Source: Myxococcota bacterium (GTDB lineage: Bacteria > Myxococcota_A > Polyangia > Polyangiales > Sandaracinaceae). Taken from it: 25,907 bases of DNA. Both the position numbers and the translations under genes were made by a program. The DNA is taken from positions 1 through 25,907 of the forward strand of contig JAYZQJ010000216.1 of assembly GCA_036149055.1 (NCBI GenBank), read 5' to 3'. The notes below the pieces were generated by a model. It was not told the origin of the DNA, ran no database searches, and saw only the letters and a list, made by a program, of their open reading frames with translations. Of the stretch, positions 17,383 through 25,907 are shown one piece after another (position 1 is the stretch's first letter; every line of letters begins with the position of its first letter).

Positions 17383-18374
17383 TCGGGCTCGAGATCCTCG
17401 GCGACGCCGACCATCACCCGGTTCCGGCCCGCCTGCTTGGCCCGGTACATCGCGAGATCCGCGATCTTGAGCAGCTCGGGCACGGTCTGGCCTTCGGTGA
17501 GCTGCGAGACGCCCATCGAGATGGTCACGCTCGGCAGCTCGGTGCCGTCGGGCATCACGAGCGTCTCCTTCGCGATCGCCTCGCGCACCCGATCGGCGGC
17601 GACCTGGGCCAGCTCGACGTCGGTGTCCGGGAAGATGATCACGAACTCCTCGCCGCCGAAGCGCGCGACGAGATCGGTCGGCCGGAGGTTCGCGCTGAGG
17701 GTCGAGGCGACGACGGTGAGCACGTGGTCGCCCGCGGCGTGCCCGTAGGTGTCGTTGAAGCTCTTGAAGTGATCGATGTCGATCAGCGAGAGCGAGAGCT
17801 TGCCCCGCTCGCCCTGATGGCGGCGCACCATGCGGTGCAGGGTCTCGTCGAGCCAGCGGCGGTTGTGGATGCCGGTGAGCCCGTCGAACATCGCGGCCCG
17901 CTCGTACTGGCGGCGCTTCTGCACGTTCTGGCTGACGGTGGCGTTGTTGGCCCGGAGCCGCGCCGCCGTCTTCACCAGGAGGTTGACCGCGAACGCGTGG
18001 CTCACGTTGGTGAGCTGCCAGAAGGCGTCCTCCCCGACCTCGAGCAGGCGCGCCTTCTCCTTGGCCACCACGAACGCGCTCGCCTCGCTGCCGTCGAGCA
18101 GGCTCAGCTCGCCCACCGTCTCGCCCGCCTCGATGGTCGCCACCGGGTCGGCGGTCGGCGTGTCGAGGTGCACGCTCAGCTCGCCCTTGAGCAGCAAGAA
18201 CATGCGCGCGTGGCGCTTGCCCTGCTCGATGAGGACGTCTCCGGGCTGGAGCACGCGGCGGACCGCGGTGGCCAGCAGCTCGCGCCGCGCGGTGAGGCCC
18301 ACGCCCTCGAGCATCGCGAAGTCGTCGAGGGCGTCCGGGCTGATGGGGGCGTCCGAGGACAGGGGACCGCTCAC
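17379..18374 (-). CDS. Diguanylate cyclase with N-terminal cNMP-binding domain
   Basis: cNMP fold (LQPGDVLIEQG..MFLLLKGEL..GETVGELSLLDG), then DGLTGIHNRR, DIDHFKSFNDTYGHAAGD, I-site RPTD, GGEEF and ADLAMYRAKQAGRN. Start GTG 18374 is inferred. Confidence 0.93.
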   Translation of the reverse strand: MSGPLSSDAPISPDALDDFAMLEGVGLTARRELLATAVRRVLQPGDVLIEQGKRHARMFLLLKGELSVHLDTPTADPVATIEAGETVGELSLLDGSEASAFVVAKEKARLLEVGEDAFWQLTNVSHAFAVNLLVKTAARLRANNATVSQNVQKRRQYERAAMFDGLTGIHNRRWLDETLHRMVRRHQGERGKLSLSLIDIDHFKSFNDTYGHAAGDHVLTVVASTLSANLRPTDLVARFGGEEFVIIFPDTDVELAQVAADRVREAIAKETLVMPDGTELPSVTISMGVSQLTEGQTVPELLKIADLAMYRAKQAGRNRVMVGVAEDLEPE

Positions 18375-18450
18375 GCGCGAAGAATACCTCAAGGCGAGTC
18401 TGGAGTGTCGGCTGGCGATGCATCGGCTACATTCCGCGGCGGGAGGGGTG

Positions 18451-20802
<2,352 letters not shown>

Positions 20803-22059
20803 CCATGTGACGCCAGCCGACGTTGTCGGTGGTGCTGCAGCCGCCCCAGGTCCCGCTGCCGACGGTGAACGACGGCTCGAGCCGGGAGGTCACGCCAACC
20901 GTGCCGAACGCGCAGGGGCCGTTCACGAACACCCGCGCCACCGGCATCGCCCCGGCGAAGCGCGCCACCCTCGCCCGGTCCTCGGTGTGGATCGCGGCGG
21001 TGTGGCCCGCGCCGTCGATCGCGAGGAGCGAGGCGCAGATCGCGATCGCGTCGTCGTCGTCGTCTGCGGACCGCAGGGTCACGAGGGGCGCCAGCGACTC
21101 CCGGCAGAGCGGGTCGGTCGCGTCCACCCGGTCGAGGGGGAAGACCAGCAAGCGCGCGTCCGTCGTCACCCCGATTGCCGCCGCGATCGCGCGGGCGCTC
21201 TGCCCGACGAGCGACGGACGCAGGTGGCCGCCCTCGAAGAGCGCGACGCGCGCGAGGTCCACCTCGTCGGGCGAGAGGACGCGAGCCCCGCTCCGCCGTA
21301 GCGCCGCGCGCGCCTCCCGCGCTCGCCCCCGCGCGACCACGAGGTGACTCTCCGAGCCGCAGGTCAGGCTGTGGTCGAAGCTCGCCGAGCTCACCAGCGC
21401 CGGCATCAGGCTCTCGACCGGCGCGTCCTCCGCGATCCAGCACGGCGCGTTGCCCGGCCCGACGCCGAGCGCCGGCGTGCCCGACCGATAGGCCGCGCGC
21501 ACCAGACCGGCGCCCCCGGTGGCGACCACGAGGTCGGCCGCCTCCATCCACGCGCGGGTCTCGTCGCGGTCGCCCCGGTGGGTCAGGACCTGCACCAGCC
21601 CGGCGGGCGCCTCGTGTCGACTCAGCACCGTCTCGACCCGGCTCCGGAACAGCTCCGCGACGCGGAGGGTGGCCCGGTGCGGGCTGAGCACGATCGCGTT
21701 CTGCCCCATGAGCGCGCTCAGGGTCATGTGGATCAGCGACGGCCCCGGGTTCGTGATCGGGACGACCGCGAAGACCAGCCCGACCGGTCGGGCGACCTCC
21801 ATCACGCCGTCCTCCTCGGAGAGCAGCCCCACCCGCGCGTCCCGCATCGACGCCCAGACCCCGCGCGAGGCGACCACGTTCTTGATCGCCTTGTGCGCGG
21901 CGTCGCCCATGCGGGTCTCCTCGGCGGTGAGCGCGCCGTAGGTCGCGGCGTGGTCGGCGTGGTCCTCGGCGAGGTCGGCGAGGAGCGCCCGGACGCGGAC
22001 CGTGGACCAGGTCGCGAAGGCCCGCTGGGCGGTCCGCCCGAGGGCGACGCGCTCCTGGA

Positions 22060-23130
22060 TCACGACGCCACCCGCAGCGCGGCGGCGCGCCGATGGAACG
22101 GCGACCACACGAACTGCCGCCAGTAGCTCTCGGCGATCTCGAGCCACTCCTCGAGCTGCTCGGCCGAGCCCAGGTAGTGGTGCAGGCTGACCATGAGCCA
22201 CGAGTAGATGGCCTGGCTGTCACGACACTCCCCGCACGAGCCGGAGGTGCAGCAGAACGCCAGGGTCTCGCGGTCGGCCGAGTAGGCGTTGAAGCCGGGC
22301 AGGACCGGGTTGCCGTTGCGCTTGCGCTCCTCGTGCGCCGGGTGGTCGAAGGAGATGCTCGGGCAGACGTCGTAGCCGAACTCGCCGAAGCGCGTGCGCC
22401 CGGTCAGCACGGCGCGCACGTAGCCCGGAGGCGACAGGACGGTCTCCGGGTAGCGGGAGGCCACGTCGAGCGCGGTCTCGAGCAGGGCCTCGCGCGCGCT
22501 CTCGTCGTCCGCCTCCTCGCCGTCGTAGTCGGTGTAGGAGCCGAAGGTGCACTGGTTGCCGTTGTCCTGGATGCGGCGGACGGTGTCCTCGACGAGGTCG
22601 CGGCCGCGCGGATCGAGGATGTAGATGAAGATGGCGCGGTCGTCGTTCCGGTAGTTGTCGAGCGCGGTGCCGAAGAGGTTCTGGATCTTCCGGCCGCCCG
22701 GCGACCAGCCGCGCAGGTCGTCGTCCAGCTGCCCGCCGCCGAAGAGAGTGAGCGCGACGTTGACGTCTTCGAAGCCCTGACGCGGGAGCGCCTTCAGGCC
22801 GTTGCTCGAGATCGTGACGTAGGGCATGACCTCGACGAAGCTCGCGACCCGGTCGGGGAAGAGCGAGGGCTCGCCGCCGATGAGGAGCGGCGCGGTGACG
22901 CCCTGGTCCGCCAGCTCACGCGCGAAGCGAGGCCAGACGCCACGGCCGCCCTTCTCGAGGGTGGCCACGTCGAACTCCTTGGCGAAGAACCAGCAGCCCT
23001 TGCAGCGGAGATTGCAGGCGTTGGTGAGGTGGACCTCGGCGGCGCGGACCTGCCTGCCGAAGCGGCGCACGGCGTCGAAGCGGGCGGCGAGATCGGGGCG
23101 GTGGGCGAGGAGCTCGGGGAGGTTCGTCAT
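22060..23130 (-). CDS. Radical SAM protein with Cys-rich C-terminus
   Basis: CNLRCKGC (CxxxCxxC), IGGEP, SSNG and C-terminal CPS...CCTSGSCGEC. Alternative start GTG at 23139. Confidence 0.92.
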   Translation of the reverse strand: MTNLPELLAHRPDLAARFDAVRRFGRQVRAAEVHLTNACNLRCKGCWFFAKEFDVATLEKGGRGVWPRFARELADQGVTAPLLIGGEPSLFPDRVASFVEVMPYVTISSNGLKALPRQGFEDVNVALTLFGGGQLDDDLRGWSPGGRKIQNLFGTALDNYRNDDRAIFIYILDPRGRDLVEDTVRRIQDNGNQCTFGSYTDYDGEEADDESAREALLETALDVASRYPETVLSPPGYVRAVLTGRTRFGEFGYDVCPSISFDHPAHEERKRNGNPVLPGFNAYSADRETLAFCCTSGSCGECRDSQAIYSWLMVSLHHYLGSAEQLEEWLEIAESYWRQFVWSPFHRRAAALRVAS

Positions 23131-23164
23131 GCGAGCCACCCTAAGAGCGCAAGGGTCCCCGGGT

Positions 23165-23183
23165 GGTTACCCCCCGGTTACCC
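23165..23183. promoter_or_regulatory. GGTTACCC direct repeat with 11-bp period (candidate PHO box / OmpR-type operator)
   Basis: GGTTACCC at 23165-23172 and 23176-23183, in the divergent gap upstream of phoX. Confidence 0.5.
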
Positions 23184-23222
23184 ACCTCGACAGGCGCGGG
23201 CCGGAGCGCGTAGAAGCGAGGC

Positions 23223-24713
23223 ATGCGTCGCCGCGCCTTCCTCCGCCGCTCCGCGCTCGCCGCGGGCGCCGCCTCCCTCCCGCTCCAGGCCCTCTTCACG
23301 CGCACCGCGCGCGCGCAGGCCTCGCCCTTCGGCCCGCTGGTGCCCGACCCCGAGGGCGTGCTCGACCTGCCGGAGGGCTTCACCTACGCCGTGCTGGAGC
23401 GCGCGGGCGACACGATGGACGACGGCCTCCGGGTCCCCGGCCGGCCCGACGGGATGGGCGCCTTCATGGGATCCGACGGCCTCGTGGTCCTGATGCGCAA
23501 CCACGAGAACTCGCGCGGCGGCGGGCCGGGCGCGCGCCCTCCGGAGACCTACCGCGAGGCCGACGGCTACGAAGGAGGCGTCTCCCGCCTCGTCGTCGAC
23601 CCCGCCGACTACAGCCGCGTCTCGAGCAACCTCGTGCTCCTCGGCACCGCCCGGAACTGCGCCGGCGGCGTGTTCCCCGGCGCGTGGATGAGCTGCGAGG
23701 AGAACATGGACGATGGGCACGGCTACGTCTTCCGCTGCCCGATCGACGCGACGTCGATCCAGCCGCCCGAGCGCATCGACGGCTACGGCCGCTTCAACCA
23801 CGAGGCGGCGGCGTTCGACCCGGCCACGTCGATCGCCTACCTCACCGAGGATCGAGGCGACTCCTGCTTCTACCGGTTCGTGCCCGACGACGCCTCGGAT
23901 CCCTACGGCGCCGGTGAGCTGCAGGCGCTGAAGATCGTGGGCCGCGATCGGCTCGACCTGGGAGACGAGAGCCTCGGGACGACGCTCGACGTGGAGTGGG
24001 TCGGGCTGACCGATCCGACCCCGGCGACCGACACCCTGCGCGACGAGGCGCAGGCGCTCGGGGCGGCGATCTTCCAGCGCGGCGAGGGCATCGACTTCGC
24101 GGTCGGACAGGTGTTCATCTGCACGACGCGTGGCGGGCCCTCTGGGCGCGGTCAGATCTTCGCGCTCGACCCCACCGCGAGCACGATCACGGTCGTCGGC
24201 GCCTCGCCCGCGGGCAGCGTGCTCGACTCTCCGGACAACATCGTCGTCGCGCCGTGGGGCGACGTGATCATGGCCGAGGATCCGGGCGGCACCCCCTACG
24301 TGCGCGGGCTGACGCCGACCGGCGAGATCTACGACTTCGCGCGCAACGCGCTGAGCGACAGCGAGTTCGCGGGGGTGACCTTCTCGCCGCTGGGCGACGC
24401 GCTCTTCGTGAACATCCAGACCAACGGGTTGACCCTCGTGGTGACCGGCCCCTTCCCCGAGACGCCCGGCCCGGACCCGGACGCCGGAGTGGACGAAGAC
24501 GGCGGGGTGACGCTGGACGCGGGCGGGCGAGACGGCGGCGTGACGCTGGACGCGGGCGGGGCGACGACCGACGCTGGCGGTGGGCCGGGGGACGAGGCGC
24601 GAGGCTGCGGGTGCAGCGCGCCGGGCGCAGGAGCGTCGAGCGGGGGCGCGGCCCTCGCGGCGGCGGCGCTCGGGCTGGCGGTCGTCCGGCGATCCGACAG
24701 CGACGAGAATTGA
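23223..24713 (+). CDS. phoX: PhoX-family (DUF839) alkaline phosphatase with Tat signal and MYXO-CTERM
   Basis: MRRRAFL Tat motif. Conserved DGMGAF, RNHE, NCAGG, SCEE, GRFNHEA, YLTED, RGEG, SPDN, EFAG..FSP and NIQ. C-terminal GCGC, hydrophobic helix and RR. Confidence 0.88.
   Translation: MRRRAFLRRSALAAGAASLPLQALFTRTARAQASPFGPLVPDPEGVLDLPEGFTYAVLERAGDTMDDGLRVPGRPDGMGAFMGSDGLVVLMRNHENSRGGGPGARPPETYREADGYEGGVSRLVVDPADYSRVSSNLVLLGTARNCAGGVFPGAWMSCEENMDDGHGYVFRCPIDATSIQPPERIDGYGRFNHEAAAFDPATSIAYLTEDRGDSCFYRFVPDDASDPYGAGELQALKIVGRDRLDLGDESLGTTLDVEWVGLTDPTPATDTLRDEAQALGAAIFQRGEGIDFAVGQVFICTTRGGPSGRGQIFALDPTASTITVVGASPAGSVLDSPDNIVVAPWGDVIMAEDPGGTPYVRGLTPTGEIYDFARNALSDSEFAGVTFSPLGDALFVNIQTNGLTLVVTGPFPETPGPDPDAGVDEDGGVTLDAGGRDGGVTLDAGGATTDAGGGPGDEARGCGCSAPGAGASSGGAALAAAALGLAVVRRSDSDEN
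24498..24560 (+). repeat. 33-bp-period tandem duplication encoding DGGVTLDAGG twice in the PhoX linker
   Basis: GACGGCGG(G/C)GTGACGCTGGACGCGGGCGGG starts at 24498 and 24531. Confidence 0.85.
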
Positions 24714-24746
24714 GGTACGTTCCGCGGACGTGAGGATCGCACACCC

Positions 24747-25412
24747 GTGACAGACGACGACGACGAGCTCGACGAGCAGCCGACGATGATCTCCTCGCCT
24801 TCGTTCGAGGCCATGCTGGAGGCGCGCGCGGCCGAGGGCGGCGAGGAGCCGGATCGTCCGACGCCGATGGACCCGGCCTACGCGAAGACCGCGATGGGGC
24901 CCTCGTTCGACGAGCGCCTGAAGGCCCAGGAGCAGGTGAAGCCCGACCCGTTCGCGCCCCCGCCCTCCGCCGGCGGTCCGATCGGCGGCGCCCAGCCCGG
25001 GCCGCCCAAGCCGCCCGCCCCCGCCCCGCCCCAGGCGCCCGGCGGCCCGCCCGCGCCCGCCTCGCCGTTCTCGGGACCGAATTCGCCCTTCGCGGCGCCG
25101 CCCCCGCAGGCCGCGCCCTCCGCGCCTCAGCAGCACTCGCCGGCGCCGCCTGGACAGACCGGAGGCACGCCGCCGACGATGATGATGTCCGCCGCCCAGA
25201 CCCCTGGCAGCGCGCCAGGCGCAGCGCCTCAGGGCTGGGGCCCCGGGGGAACGCCGTGGCAGCCCCAGGCGCCCGCCCAGCCGGTCGCCCAGCCCGCGCA
25301 GTCGTCCGGCGGCGGCCTGAGCCCGATGGCGCTCTTCCTCATCAGCCTCGGCATCGTCTTCGTGCTCGGCAGCTGCGTCGGCCTCGGCGTGCTCTACGCG
25401 GTGCTCGCCTGA
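24747..25412 (+). CDS. Pro-rich, C-terminally membrane-anchored hypothetical protein
   Basis: GTG start after GAGGA. Acidic N-terminus, Pro/Ala/Gly/Gln low-complexity middle and a terminal TM helix. TGATG-coupled to the next gene. Confidence 0.75.
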   Translation: MTDDDDELDEQPTMISSPSFEAMLEARAAEGGEEPDRPTPMDPAYAKTAMGPSFDERLKAQEQVKPDPFAPPPSAGGPIGGAQPGPPKPPAPAPPQAPGGPPAPASPFSGPNSPFAAPPPQAAPSAPQQHSPAPPGQTGGTPPTMMMSAAQTPGSAPGAAPQGWGPGGTPWQPQAPAQPVAQPAQSSGGGLSPMALFLISLGIVFVLGSCVGLGVLYAVLA

Positions 25413-25798
25413 TGGAGCCGAACACCCACCCGAAGATCTCCACCCGCCTCTGCGGCGAGCCCCTCTCGCTGTCGGAGGGCGAGGCGTCGGCGCGCTTCGT
25501 GGCCACGGAGGAGATGGGCACCGACGACCGCGGCCTGGTGCACGGCGGCTTCGTCTTCGGCCTCGCCGACCACGCCGCCATGCTCGCCGTCAACGACCCC
25601 TTCGTCGTCCTGGGCTCCGCCGACGTCCGCTTCGTCGCCCCGGTGCGAGTCGGCGAGACGGTGACGGCGCACGCCCGGGTGACCGAGACGAAGGGCAAGA
25701 AGCGCGTCCTCGAGGTCCGCGCCGAGGTGGAGGGCCGAGAGGTCCTGACCGGCACCCTCACCGCGTTCGTTCTCGAGCAGCACGTCCTGGGCGCCTGA
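25412..25798 (+). CDS. PaaI-like hotdog-fold thioesterase
   Basis: GLVHGGFVFGLADHAAM and VRFVAPVRVGE. ATG 25412. Confidence 0.9.
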   Translation: MEPNTHPKISTRLCGEPLSLSEGEASARFVATEEMGTDDRGLVHGGFVFGLADHAAMLAVNDPFVVLGSADVRFVAPVRVGETVTAHARVTETKGKKRVLEVRAEVEGREVLTGTLTAFVLEQHVLGA

Positions 25799-25828
25799 GA
25801 CTCGCGCGCGGCCGAGACGGCGGCGCGG

Positions 25829-25907
25829 CGGCAGCGGCAGCGGCGGCGGAGCCGGCAGCGGCAGCGGGGCCGGCAGCGGCAGCGGGGCCGGCAGCGGCAG
25901 CGGTAGC
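25829..25907 (+). repeat. CGGCAG-based hexamer tandem repeat with an 18-bp higher-order unit
   Basis: Units of CGGCAG CGGCAG CGG(G/A)GC are repeated and run off the end of the window. Confidence 0.85.

Noticed and set aside
17379..17900. Hypr-type GGDEF making 3',3'-cGAMP
   Set aside because: The guanine-specifying Asp in GHAAGD is retained. Hypr enzymes have Ser/Thr there.
22060..23130. Glycyl-radical activase or RiPP maturase
   Set aside because: No glycyl-radical enzyme, precursor peptide or RRE is evident nearby. I saw no activase-specific motif before CxxxCxxC.

Overview
Very GC-rich, gene-dense bacterial window with about 24 CDS. I found no rRNA, tRNA, CRISPR array or transposase. Two MYXO-CTERM proteins, Myxococcus-type Cys-rich repeats and three Hanks-type Ser/Thr kinases point to a myxobacterium (inference). 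In order, the window holds: (1) a translationally coupled minus-strand trio of a double winged-helix regulator, a beta-helix lipoprotein and a membrane Ser/Thr kinase; (2) TerB-like, GNAT, second kinase, SnoaL-like, degenerate ABC1-like and cupin genes; (3) a 172-bp element bounded by 26-bp inverted repeats; (4) a LytS/LytTR pair followed by three AlgR-like boxes and a membrane-anchored protein resembling linalool dehydratase-isomerase; (5) small membrane genes and a HExxH protein; (6) an operon of cNMP-GGDEF, FHA-FHA-wHTH and Ser/Thr kinase, divergent from a surface protein built of a CxxCH-bearing temptin-like head, 10 EGF modules, Cys-rich repeats and MYXO-CTERM; (7) a radical SAM plus acylating aldehyde dehydrogenase pair, divergent from a Tat/MYXO-CTERM PhoX; (8) a Pro-rich tail-anchored protein, a thioesterase and a hexamer repeat. 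The best candidates for undescribed systems are the heme-temptin/EGF protein with its divergent signalling operon, the LytTR-box-controlled Ldi-like enzyme and the radical SAM/ALDH pair. All family calls come from motif recognition by eye. No database search was run.
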